A DNA stretch of 64,000 nucleotides from Desulfatiglandales bacterium. Lineage in GTDB: Bacteria; Desulfobacterota; DSM-4660; Desulfatiglandales; Desulfatiglandaceae. Location of the stretch: the NCBI GenBank assembly GCA_963662465.1, contig OY759599.1:6048001-6112000 (forward strand). The letters are read 5' to 3'. The translations under genes and the position numbers were made by a program. The notes under the pieces are model-generated. The model ran no database searches, was not told where the DNA came from, and worked only from the letters and a program-made list of their open reading frames with translations. Within the stretch, counting starts at the first letter, position 1, and every line of letters starts with the position of its first letter. Below, piece after piece: positions 45,164 to 54,751 of this stretch.

Positions 45164-45360
45164 GACATCCTCCCACGCCTGAATTTCTGATGAACCCTTG
45201 GAACAATCAGGGAAAATCATTATACGCAGAGAGCGACTCTGTCAACCCTAAAGCGGCAAACCGTAAAATTTTCGGTTTTTTAAGTTTTAAGCAAACATGA
45301 GCATACTAGGAATTATATTGACAAGAGATCAACCCTTTGATAATTTTTTCACAACCACTC

Positions 45361-45424
45361 AGGTCTTTTGGTTATCCCGAAAGGCCTTTTTTTTGCCGCG
45401 AAACCGGTTTTGCAACATAACGGT
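45361..45424 (+). promoter_or_regulatory. Structured panB leader (terminator-like hairpin; possible pan RNA motif)
   Basis: AGGTCTTTTGG...CCGAAAGGCCT plus T-run, then a second hairpin ACCGGTT...AACGGT, between TTGACA (45318) and panB. Confidence 0.4.
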
Positions 45425-45475
45425 GCTTGGCGCTCGTCCTTGACCTTAAACAGCTATCAATAAGGAGGAATAAAC

Positions 45476-46309
45476 ATGGCCCAGGAGAAAATTACCATTG
45501 GCGCCTTACAGAAAAAAATGCAAACAGGTCAGAAAATCACAATGATGACGGCCTATGATTACCCAACCGCGAGTCTTGTGGATCAAGCCGAAATCGACAC
45601 CATTCTGGTGGGAGATTCCCTGGGCATGGTGGTGCTGGGCTACGATTCAACGGTGCCCGTGACCATGGACGAAATGATTCACCACTGTAAAGCGGTCCGC
45701 AGGGGCACAAAACGCGCCTTTGTGATCGGCGATATGCCGTTTATGTCCTATCAGGTGAGCCTTGAAAAGGCAGTGGAAAATGCCGGGCGTTTTATCAAGG
45801 AAGCCGGATGTGAATGTGTGAAGCTGGAAGGGGGTACGGAAATGGTCCCCGTGGTGAAAGCCATCACTACGGCAGGCATTCCCGTGTGCGCGCATATTGG
45901 ATTAACCCCGCAAACCGCCACAAAATTGAGCGGTTTCAAGGTTCAGGGCAAAGATGCGGAAGGGGCCGGAAAATTGATTCAGTCAGCCAGGGACCTGGAA
46001 GAAGCGGGGGCTTTCATGATTGTTCTGGAATGCATTCCCGATCTGGTGGCGTCAAGGATCACCGATGCCCTCCACATCCCCACCATCGGCATTGGCGCAG
46101 GCAAGGATTGTGATGGCCAGGTGTTGGTCTACCATGATCTGGTGGGGCTTTTTGAGCGGTTCACACCCAAGATGGTCAAACAATACGTGAATCTGGCGCC
46201 TCAAATCCGAGAGGCCCTGATTCAATACAAGCGCGAGGTGGAAGAGGGGTCATTCCCCGGTCCGGAGCATAGTTTTGCCATGAAAGAGGAAGAAGCGGGA
46301 AAGATGTGA
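45476..46309 (+). CDS. panB: 3-methyl-2-oxobutanoate hydroxymethyltransferase
   Basis: TAYDY, LVGDSLG, DMPFMSY, KLEGG and HIGLTPQ motifs. Confidence 0.97.
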   Translation: MAQEKITIGALQKKMQTGQKITMMTAYDYPTASLVDQAEIDTILVGDSLGMVVLGYDSTVPVTMDEMIHHCKAVRRGTKRAFVIGDMPFMSYQVSLEKAVENAGRFIKEAGCECVKLEGGTEMVPVVKAITTAGIPVCAHIGLTPQTATKLSGFKVQGKDAEGAGKLIQSARDLEEAGAFMIVLECIPDLVASRITDALHIPTIGIGAGKDCDGQVLVYHDLVGLFERFTPKMVKQYVNLAPQIREALIQYKREVEEGSFPGPEHSFAMKEEEAGKM

Positions 46310-46333
46310 GTTTATCCACACAGGAGTCATGCC

Positions 46334-47266
46334 ATGAATTTTTTAATCGTCGGTCCCGGCGCCATGGGTTGCGTCTTTGCCGGTCATCTGAAAAAGGCCG
46401 GTCACTCGGTGGTTATTCTGGATTACAGGGAAGACCGGGCCAACCGTATCAATGTGGACGGCATTACCCTGGAAGGGGTTGGGGGAGACTTTAACGTCCA
46501 AGTATCCGCCGTTACGGGAAAACCGCCTCAGAAAATAGATGTGGTCCTCATTTGCGTCAAAGCCTATCAAACAAGAGAGGTTGCCGATGCTCTGGCCGTC
46601 TGGCTTGATCCCGAAGCTGTGGTACTCACCCTGCAAAATGGTCTTGGCAATCTGGAAACCCTTAAAAAAACATTCGGCGCAAAACGAGTATTGGGCGGTG
46701 TTACCGCGGAAGGGGCGACCCTTCTAGGTCCCGGCCATGTGCGGCATGCCGGGCGAGGACCTACAATTATCGGCCCACTGGGACCGGACGACGGACCCGT
46801 GGCGGGCATTGTTTCCGCTTTTGCGGACGCCGGTTTTGAGATCCGTGCCGTGGATGGCGTGGAGGACCTAATCTGGGGCAAGCTGATCGTAAACGTGGGC
46901 ATCAACGCCCTGGCCGCCATTACAAAGCTCAAAAACGGCCGATTGCCAGGCATAGAGGGTACGCGTCAGGTGATGAAAGAGGCAATTTTTGAGGCCGTTA
47001 GCGTTGCGGACGCCAAGGGTATACGGTTGCCCTTTCCGGATCCCGTAGCGCGGGTCTTGGAAGTGTGCCGCGGCACGGCCGACAATATTGCGTCCATGCT
47101 GCAGGATGTGTTGGCCCAGCGCGTCACGGAAATCCGATTTATTAACGGGGCTATTGTTTCGGAAGGTCGGAAACTGGGCATTCCAACGCCTGTCAATTTC
47201 ACGCTGAGCTGTTTGGTTCAGGCGCTTCAGGATTCCTACAGGGAGGTCGTTCAGGCACGGTTTTAA
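46334..47266 (+). CDS. panE: 2-dehydropantoate 2-reductase
   Basis: GPGAMG, LQNGLG, WGKLIVN and SMLQD...TEI motifs. Confidence 0.93.
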   Translation: MNFLIVGPGAMGCVFAGHLKKAGHSVVILDYREDRANRINVDGITLEGVGGDFNVQVSAVTGKPPQKIDVVLICVKAYQTREVADALAVWLDPEAVVLTLQNGLGNLETLKKTFGAKRVLGGVTAEGATLLGPGHVRHAGRGPTIIGPLGPDDGPVAGIVSAFADAGFEIRAVDGVEDLIWGKLIVNVGINALAAITKLKNGRLPGIEGTRQVMKEAIFEAVSVADAKGIRLPFPDPVARVLEVCRGTADNIASMLQDVLAQRVTEIRFINGAIVSEGRKLGIPTPVNFTLSCLVQALQDSYREVVQARF

Positions 47267-47322
47267 GTTTTAAGTAGAAAAACGAAACGATATCATATAG
47301 TTGTAAGGATATAGGGTATTTT

Positions 47323-47811
47323 TCAGCTTTGGGAAACCAACAGCTTCTGACCCGGCCTGATGGGCTCATCTACCGTCATTTGATTCAATTTGCACAGTCG
47401 GTCCACTGTGGTGCCGTATTTTCCGGCAATTGCGGAAAGACTGTCCCCGGGACGTACCGTGTGATATCGCTTTACAGTATTTGATGTAGGTCGGGTCATT
47501 TTTTCCATAAGGGCTATTTTGGTTTCCAGAACCTCCAGCCGCTCTTCAATCCGAGCAAAACCAGTCTCCGTGGAATCCACTGTTTCCCGGGCCGATTTCT
47601 CTTCGTTGCCAAAGACCATGACCAGTACAACAATCAAAACCAGAACAACTGAAGCTGCTGCCGGCATCCATTTCGCACTGTGTTTACGCTTCAAGCGGCC
47701 GGCACGTCCCAGCCTTTCATTTCTCGGAATGTATTCCAAATCATCAACGATACCATTCATGAATTCCGGAACAGCGTCATCCCTTTCGTGCTTAACGGTT
47801 TTATCGGTCAT
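47323..47811 (-). CDS. LysM-domain membrane protein
   Basis: TM helix, coiled coil and C-terminal YHTVRPGDSLSAIA...GQKLLV. Confidence 0.85.
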   Translation of the reverse strand: MTDKTVKHERDDAVPEFMNGIVDDLEYIPRNERLGRAGRLKRKHSAKWMPAAASVVLVLIVVLVMVFGNEEKSARETVDSTETGFARIEERLEVLETKIALMEKMTRPTSNTVKRYHTVRPGDSLSAIAGKYGTTVDRLCKLNQMTVDEPIRPGQKLLVSQS

Positions 47812-48035
47812 TCTGAAACCCCTGACGCCTAACATTTTTCATGGACCGAATCTAACATGTCATTTTGTTCATGTCAACAAAACAATATAAGCTAAATCAA
47901 TGACATATATTAAGATATACTCCTTATTGCATGTCGAATATCCGGATCATTGAAATTTTATTTGACAAAACCCCAAAACGATGGTTCACTGAAAGGAATC
48001 AAGACCCTGTAACAACCCGGCGCGGAGGATACTAA

Positions 48036-48941
48036 ATGGACGATCGTTCATTCACCATGGTCATGGCTTCATTTGCGGCCGATTCTCTGGCTCTGGGCGC
48101 TCACTGGATGTATGACACCCTGGCCATAGCGCGGCAATTCGGACGGGTGGATGCATTGTTAAAACCGCTGTCCAACAGCTATCATCCCACAAAAGAACTG
48201 GGGGATTTTACCCACTACGGGGACCAGACTTTTATACTTCTGGAATCCCTGGCGGCGCGGAAACGCTTTTTGCTCGCTGACTTTTCGGTTCGCTGGAAAA
48301 CGCTTTTTGAAAACTACACCGGTTACATGGACCAGGCCACCCAGGGAACCCTTGCCTCATATGATTCCGGCAAAAAACCCGAAAATGGCGGTTCCCCTTC
48401 CGACGACTTGGCCGGCGCCACCCGTATCGCCCCCCTGGTTTATGTGTATTCGGATGATCTTGAAAGCCTGACCGAGGCCGCGCGAGCCCAGACGCGAATG
48501 ACCCACGCCAACCCCTTGACCGTGGAAAGTGCGGCTTTCTTTGCAGAGGTGACTTTCCGGGTTTTAGGCGGTTTGACGCCCCGGAAAGCAATTCAGGAAA
48601 CCGCCGGCGAACATCTCAGGGATTCCCCCCTTTTTGAATGGGCCAATGCTGGCCTTCAGTCGGCTGGAAATAATTCCGTTCAAACCATTATTCGCTTCGG
48701 CCAGAGTTGCCATACGCTGGAAGCCTTTCCCGGCGTCATCCATTTGATTGCCAAATACGAAAACGATCTGAAAGAAGCGCTGGTCCAGTCGGTCATGGCG
48801 GGAGGCGACAGCGCCGCCAGGGGTATGCTGGTGGGGATGGTGCTGGGAGCGTATTTGGGCGCTGAAAGCCTTCCCCGGGAATGGGTATCAAATTTAAAGC
48901 GTGGTGAACAAATCACCCGGATGTTGCAGGACCTTCGTTGA
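48036..48941 (+). CDS. ADP-ribosylglycohydrolase family protein
   Basis: ADSLAL, THYGDQ, RMTH and GGDSAARG motifs. Confidence 0.85.
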   Translation: MDDRSFTMVMASFAADSLALGAHWMYDTLAIARQFGRVDALLKPLSNSYHPTKELGDFTHYGDQTFILLESLAARKRFLLADFSVRWKTLFENYTGYMDQATQGTLASYDSGKKPENGGSPSDDLAGATRIAPLVYVYSDDLESLTEAARAQTRMTHANPLTVESAAFFAEVTFRVLGGLTPRKAIQETAGEHLRDSPLFEWANAGLQSAGNNSVQTIIRFGQSCHTLEAFPGVIHLIAKYENDLKEALVQSVMAGGDSAARGMLVGMVLGAYLGAESLPREWVSNLKRGEQITRMLQDLR

Positions 48942-49208
48942 GGAGATTGGGGCTTGACTAGACCGTCGACGTTTTTTTAACTCAAAAACTGTACCAGCCC
49001 TCATGCCCATTAGGGCAAAACCACGGATCAAGGCGGAGGATTTGCCTCCAGGTTGGCTGTTTTATCCAACTTCGGAGAAAAACCCGCTGCCGCCGGACAT
49101 CGAACCGTTTACAAATAACATCAAACCGAGCCCAACATTACAGGAATTTTGGCATTGTTGTTTATTTGCAAGCCTCATCTTACTGAGGTTTAAGGAAAGG
49201 AGGGCGCC

Positions 49209-49757
49209 ATGAAAAAGGAATTGATGAATTATGAAGCTATCTTGAAAGTGACGCGGGACGTCGTTCAGTCCAGGGATCCCGAAGAGGTGGCCCTTTTGAC
49301 GGTGGAAAGTGTAAAAAGAGCCTTGCAGGCCAAAGGATGCGCACTGCTTCTTTTTAATCGCAAAACCGATGAATTGGAGGTCGCCGCTTCTTTTGGCTTG
49401 AGCAATGAATACCTCAACAAAGGTCCGCTCAGCTCAATGCGGTCTATTGCCGGGTCTTTAAAAGACGGTCCCGTGGCCATATCCGACGTTGCCGATGATC
49501 CGCGCATTCAGTATCCGGAAGAAGCCCGGAAAGAGGGTATTACTTCGATTCTTTCCGTGCCCATTGTTGTGGGGAGAAACCCCATTGGCGCGTTGCGCGT
49601 GTACTCAGCGGAACCTTGGGAGGCAACACTGGAAGACGTGAACCTGGTCCAGGCCCTGGCGCAGATCGCCGGTATGGGGTTGGAGCTGGCACGGCTGTAC
49701 AGGGGCCTCAAGAGCAGTATTGAAATCCTGAAGTCCAAGCGAGATCCCAAGGAGTAG
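49209..49757 (+). CDS. Stand-alone GAF-domain protein
   Basis: DDPRIQYPEEARKEGITSILSVPI...IGALRVY. Confidence 0.88.
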   Translation: MKKELMNYEAILKVTRDVVQSRDPEEVALLTVESVKRALQAKGCALLLFNRKTDELEVAASFGLSNEYLNKGPLSSMRSIAGSLKDGPVAISDVADDPRIQYPEEARKEGITSILSVPIVVGRNPIGALRVYSAEPWEATLEDVNLVQALAQIAGMGLELARLYRGLKSSIEILKSKRDPKE

Positions 49758-49812
49758 GGGTAGACCTGTGTGTCTGCTCAGTAAAGGGCGAACGCACAGG
49801 TTCGCCCCCTAC
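49754..49812. repeat. Pair of GTAG-type REP elements
   Basis: GTAGGGGTAGACCTGTGTGTCTGCTC and GGGCGAACGCACAGGTTCGCCCCCTAC between convergent genes. Confidence 0.75.
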
Positions 49813-49832
49813 ATTGGTGGCCAAAAAAGGCA

Positions 49833-50624
49833 TTATTGCGGGTTATAGATTTCCAGGAGTCTCTTTTCCGTTTCGCCCTCGATTTTGGCTATAATCTCAA
49901 CATAATTGGCAATACTGGAGTTTTGAAGTTTGTGGCGCAGGAGTTCATCCACCTGGAAAATGCCCGCTGAATTGGCCAGGGTGATCACCAGTTTTACCGG
50001 TTTTTTCTCTCCCTTTTCAATATTCACGGAGTCCACGGCCTGGGCCGAGATGGAGTGAATGTTCACTCGGCCCGTTTCAAAGGGGATGCGAGAACGTCCT
50101 TCGGTCATATCCAGGGCATCCGCCACCTTGAGGACTCCCGCTTCGATGGTTAAACAGGTTTCCTTGGCATTGTGGGCCACAATGGCGTGCAGCACTTCCG
50201 ACGTTATGGTAGTCAAATCAGGCTCTTCATAGATGCCTTTCAGTAGTTCCCGGGCCTTGGGGTAGGCCAGAAAAAGGCTGTATTGCTCGTGATGAACACG
50301 ATGAACGGCGATGCCGATGTCATGCAGACATGCGGCAAGGACCACAATGAGTTCCGCATCATCCTGCCCCAAAGAATGATTTTTTACCACACTGGGTTCA
50401 ACCCCTCCCTCTATGAGCAACCGCAGCAACTTCAGGGCGGCATTGGCCACGATGCGGATATGGATTTCCCCATGGTCGCTGATGCCGCTCCGATCCATGG
50501 CATTCACGTTGGCGCATTTCCAGAGTTGCAGCAGCTCCGGATCTTCGTTGATGCGATGGGCCAACTGTTTTATTTTATGATTTTTTTTAGCTAGAACGAA
50601 GAATTTCATAAGGTTAGATGACAA
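49833..50624 (-). CDS. HD-domain phosphohydrolase
   Basis: DHG..H, LHDIG and VADALD motifs; start uncertain. Confidence 0.85.
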   Translation of the reverse strand: MSSNLMKFFVLAKKNHKIKQLAHRINEDPELLQLWKCANVNAMDRSGISDHGEIHIRIVANAALKLLRLLIEGGVEPSVVKNHSLGQDDAELIVVLAACLHDIGIAVHRVHHEQYSLFLAYPKARELLKGIYEEPDLTTITSEVLHAIVAHNAKETCLTIEAGVLKVADALDMTEGRSRIPFETGRVNIHSISAQAVDSVNIEKGEKKPVKLVITLANSAGIFQVDELLRHKLQNSSIANYVEIIAKIEGETEKRLLEIYNPQ

Positions 50625-50637
50625 CCCTTTTTTTCAA

Positions 50638-51954
50638 TTATGCAGGCCTTTCCATCTTGCAGCCGCTCTGTTCCGGTGTTTGATAGGCCTCGCGTGCAGG
50701 CACTTTCCCCACAACATCAAAATAATCCCAGGGCTCCGTAATTTCCTGCTGACTTTTGCACCGAACAATGAGTGCATCGTTAATGGCCTGGTGGTTCTCT
50801 TTGTAGATGTATCCGGGATTGGCGAACATGTCCCGAAATTCATGGCCTTCCAGTTGTTCAATGATCTTGTCGGGATCCTTGGCGTTGGCGCGTTGGACGG
50901 CTTTGATGAATTGCAGGGTGGCGGAATAATTGGCCGCCGTGAGCCAGTGGGGCGGCGCTTTCATAACTTTTTTGAACCGTTCCACGTAGGACTTGACCCC
51001 CGGATTTTCAGACTTCCAGTACCACGATACCGTGGCATAGTCCCCTTCGTAAACCTTCACACCCGCGGCATGGATATTGGCGGTAAACATGAGGGCATGG
51101 AGTATGGCCATTTTCTTTTTAAGGCCGAATTCATTGGCGGCTTTGGTGGCGTTGACCGTATCCGCGCCGGCATTTAAAAGAACGAGAACGTCCGCTCCGG
51201 AATTCAGCGCCTTGATCATATAAGGCGAAAAATCAGATGTTCCCAGGGCAACCATGTCGTTGCCGATAATTTTACCGCCCTTTTTCTCCACGGCGGCACG
51301 GAAATTTTTCAGCAGATCATGCCCCCAGGCGTAATCGGCCGTGATGGCGTACCATTTTTCCCCCAGGTTTTCGGCCGCCCACAATCCGCCGGCCGTGGCC
51401 AGCATATAATTGTCATATCCCCAATCAAAACCGTAATAATTGCACTTATCGCCGGTCTGTACCGTGGTGCCTGAATCCACCGAAATGAAAAGTCGTTTGT
51501 ATCGGCGCGACTGCTCATTAACGAGCAGGGAACAGGCGGACTGGGGCACGTCAATGATGACATCCACCTTTTCCTTTTCGTAAAGTTCCCTGGCTTCTTC
51601 ATTGGCAATCCCCGGGTCCAGGCGGTGGTCTCGGACGATGACCTGGATAGGCTTTCCAAGGGCTTTTCCGCCGGCGTCTTCCACGGCCAGCTTGATGCCC
51701 AGGAGATCCTGTTTGTTCAGAAACGCATAGGTCTTATTCATATCGATCATCACGCCGATTTTCAAGGGGTCGGAGGCCCAGGCGGGTTTAATCCAGACAT
51801 GCGGCGCCACGGCGGTCACAGCCCCGGTAATGGCGGCTGTTTTGATGAAATCGCGGCGGGTCATCATTGAGGGTTTTTTTTCTTCGGAAAGCCCCTTTTT
51901 TCCATTTTCCACCTTCATGGTTTCAGTGTCCTTGGTTTTTTTTGGGTCCCCCAT
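50638..51954 (-). CDS. Tat-exported ABC substrate-binding protein (branched-chain amino acid type), orphan
   Basis: TRRDFIK twin-arginine signal, ADYAWG and DFSPY motifs; no permease genes adjacent. Confidence 0.88.
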   Translation of the reverse strand: MGDPKKTKDTETMKVENGKKGLSEEKKPSMMTRRDFIKTAAITGAVTAVAPHVWIKPAWASDPLKIGVMIDMNKTYAFLNKQDLLGIKLAVEDAGGKALGKPIQVIVRDHRLDPGIANEEARELYEKEKVDVIIDVPQSACSLLVNEQSRRYKRLFISVDSGTTVQTGDKCNYYGFDWGYDNYMLATAGGLWAAENLGEKWYAITADYAWGHDLLKNFRAAVEKKGGKIIGNDMVALGTSDFSPYMIKALNSGADVLVLLNAGADTVNATKAANEFGLKKKMAILHALMFTANIHAAGVKVYEGDYATVSWYWKSENPGVKSYVERFKKVMKAPPHWLTAANYSATLQFIKAVQRANAKDPDKIIEQLEGHEFRDMFANPGYIYKENHQAINDALIVRCKSQQEITEPWDYFDVVGKVPAREAYQTPEQSGCKMERPA

Positions 51955-52274
51955 TGCAACCTCCTTTTCCCTAAACGTTGTTTTGGTTCAAACGGTCAAA
52001 TACCGCTTCTAAAATCAAGGAACCTCGGATTTTGATTATCTCCGTCATAATTAACCTTGTGACTTCTTTTAATCAATAAAGCATACTACAGAACAGATTT
52101 GTATCTGTCAAAATTTTCTTCTAAAATCCCCCTGCTATGAAGGACCTGTAAGTGTCGCATGTCGATCTGAATCGTGACGCATAAAAAGTTCTTGACAACG
52201 GGTAAGTTGCCATGAAAGGATTTTCAACAGATTGAATTTCTTAAATGTGTAAACTGTGGCGGAAAGGTCGAGAA

Positions 52275-52724
52275 ATGGCTGGGAAAGGGGAACGACAGTC
52301 TATTCAAAATCCGGGAACCCCCATCCTTTTCGTTGATGATGATCCAATCATCCATCGGGTGGTGGCCAAATATCTGGAGGATTGGAATGTGACGTCGGTT
52401 TTTTCCGGATGGGAGGCACTGGAACTTCTTGAAAAGAAGAACTTTGTCATTGTTATTACAGACCTTAAGATGCCGGGCATAGACGGCATGGAGCTTCTGC
52501 ACAAAATCAAAGCCAAATACAACAACCGCGTGCAGGTGATTGTTATTACGGTTTCGGATGATTTGGATGACCTTGTGGGCGCATTGGACGGCGGCGCCAG
52601 CGACTTTTTACTGAAACCTCTCAAAAAAGAGGTGCTGATAGAGGTCCTACGGCACACCGTGTCAAGAATTAATCGGTGGAATCAATCCTTGAACATGCTC
52701 ATTCGCAAAAACAGTCCCCCTTAA
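52275..52724 (+). CDS. Single-domain response regulator
   Basis: FVDDD, TDLKMPGIDG and GASDFLLKP motifs. Confidence 0.9.
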   Translation: MAGKGERQSIQNPGTPILFVDDDPIIHRVVAKYLEDWNVTSVFSGWEALELLEKKNFVIVITDLKMPGIDGMELLHKIKAKYNNRVQVIVITVSDDLDDLVGALDGGASDFLLKPLKKEVLIEVLRHTVSRINRWNQSLNMLIRKNSPP

Positions 52725-54430
52725 ACCACCCGTGTTGACTTTTTTTCCAATATTGCTTGGGCGTGGGCCATGGCATGCAGCGTAGTGTTGCGCCCCCCGA
52801 GAAGTCTTGCAATTTCCATGACCCTCATTTCAGGGGTGAGTTCCTGGATGGCGGCCCGGGTTCGTCCCCCCTCGACCTCTTTTTTTACCAGAAAGTGGTT
52901 GATGCCCTGGGATGCAATTTGAGGCAGATGCGTAATGCAAAAAATCTGATGAAATGCGGCCAGTGATAAAAGTTTTTCGCCCACAACCTCGGCTGTAGCG
53001 CCGCTGATACCGGCGTCAACTTCGTCAAAAACGATGGTTTCCACGGAGGCGTTTTTGGCCAGAATTGTTTTGACGGCCAGCATGATCCTGGAAAGTTCCC
53101 CCCCCGAAACAATCGTTGACATGGGTTTCAAGGCTTCACCGGGATTGGTGGAAAGCATGAAGGCCACGCGATCAAAACCGTCGGGGCCTAATGCTTTAAT
53201 GCGGTATTCTTTTGCCGCCTGGGTCTCTGGCGGATCCCCTTCAAATGGCGCCTCAAACCGGGTATCCTTCATGTGAAGTTGCCGGAGTTCTCTTTCCATC
53301 GCCGTTTTGAGCCCTTGAGCGCCCTCTTTTCTTTTTTGGGAAAGGCGTTCCGCCTGCTCAATCAGGCTTAATTCCATGGCTTTCCGTTTCTTGATGAGCG
53401 TTGCCAGCGCCTCTTTTTGATTCGTCAGATCGTCAAATCCTGAGGCCAGTTTTTCTTTGAAATTCAGAACCTCTTCAAGGGTTCCACCATATTTTCGTTT
53501 GAGTCCGTTTAACGCATCGAGTCTGTCTGAAATGGCCGACAGCCGTTTGGGATTAATCTGAACGCTTTCCTGGAAATCCCTCAGCGCAAAAGAGACATCC
53601 TCAATGTTGACTTGAATTTCAGCCAGGGAATTCGCCATGGGCAAAAGGCGTTTGTCCAGTTGGGCGCCTTTCGCAACGCTTTTTCCACAGCGGGAAAGGA
53701 GCGAAAGAATGGAATCTGCTCGCTCATAAAGGATTTGATGTCCGTTTCGAGCGATTTCCAACAAATCTTCGGCGTGTTGGAGCCGAACTTTTTCTTCGTT
53801 TAGAAGGTCATCCTCCCCGAGCTTTGGCTGTACGCTTTCAATTTCCCGCAGCTGAAAATCCCCGAGTTCCCGGCGTTCCCGCTGTTCGGCGATTCCTTTC
53901 TCATTTTCATGTATTCGGTCTTTTAATCTCTGGTATCTTTCAAATTCGGCGCTGAAACGATTTCGGTCTTTTTTTAATCCGCTGAACTCATCCAGCAGAT
54001 AAAGATAATGCTCGGGTTTCAACAGATGTTGGTGGGCATGCTGGCCGGAGACACTGACCATATGCGGTCCCAGGCGAGCCAGCATCTGAAGTGTGGACAG
54101 GGAACCGTTGATCAGTACCTTGTTTCGTCCCGCACGGAAAATGACTCTTTTGATGAGCAGTTCCCGGTCGAATGGAATGTTCCACTCCAGCAGCAGTTGC
54201 TTCAATTTCGGATTGCTCGGAAAGACAAAAAACGCTTCCACGGATGCTTCCATGCATCCTGTGCGAATCAGATCCGAGTAAGATCTTTCCCCTAAAATAA
54301 GATTGATGGCCCTGATAATGATAGACTTGCCGGCGCCGGTTTCGCCGGAAAGTATGTTAAGGCCATTCTTCAGGGAAAATTCCAGATTGTCGATAATGGC
54401 GAAATTATGGATGTTTAGATTGACAAGCAT
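52721..54430 (-). CDS. recN: DNA repair protein RecN
   Basis: GETGAGKS, SGGELSR, FDEVDAG and ITHLPQIA motifs. Confidence 0.96.
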   Translation of the reverse strand: MLVNLNIHNFAIIDNLEFSLKNGLNILSGETGAGKSIIIRAINLILGERSYSDLIRTGCMEASVEAFFVFPSNPKLKQLLLEWNIPFDRELLIKRVIFRAGRNKVLINGSLSTLQMLARLGPHMVSVSGQHAHQHLLKPEHYLYLLDEFSGLKKDRNRFSAEFERYQRLKDRIHENEKGIAEQRERRELGDFQLREIESVQPKLGEDDLLNEEKVRLQHAEDLLEIARNGHQILYERADSILSLLSRCGKSVAKGAQLDKRLLPMANSLAEIQVNIEDVSFALRDFQESVQINPKRLSAISDRLDALNGLKRKYGGTLEEVLNFKEKLASGFDDLTNQKEALATLIKKRKAMELSLIEQAERLSQKRKEGAQGLKTAMERELRQLHMKDTRFEAPFEGDPPETQAAKEYRIKALGPDGFDRVAFMLSTNPGEALKPMSTIVSGGELSRIMLAVKTILAKNASVETIVFDEVDAGISGATAEVVGEKLLSLAAFHQIFCITHLPQIASQGINHFLVKKEVEGGRTRAAIQELTPEMRVMEIARLLGGRNTTLHAMAHAQAILEKKSTRVV

Positions 54431-54751
54431 GTCATTTCGAAGCCATTAATGGGTCCTTTTAGGTTTCTATTCGCTGAACGCAAACCTGCGCCCTAATATC
54501 CATGGAACCAAATGTCGATTTAAATAATGTTTGCAAAATTTTTCCATGCCATAAATCTCTCCTCTGCGAAAAAAGACAATCGTTAGAAAAGTTTTGGTTT
54601 TCCCAAGCCTGCCGGCGTTAAAGATCGGAACGGCAGGTGGGTCTTTTGAAGCATTGACTTTGGCCATAGATATCATTAAAGTCAACGTTCGTCGACCAAA
54701 ATTTGGTCATTTTCCGCGTTAAAAGGGACAACTGCTCCCAAAATAAAGTGC

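Noticed and set aside
48990..49100. Possible c-di-GMP-I riboswitch before the GAF gene
   Set aside because: Only a partial GCAAAACCACGG likeness; the P2 GNRA stem and conserved junction are missing.
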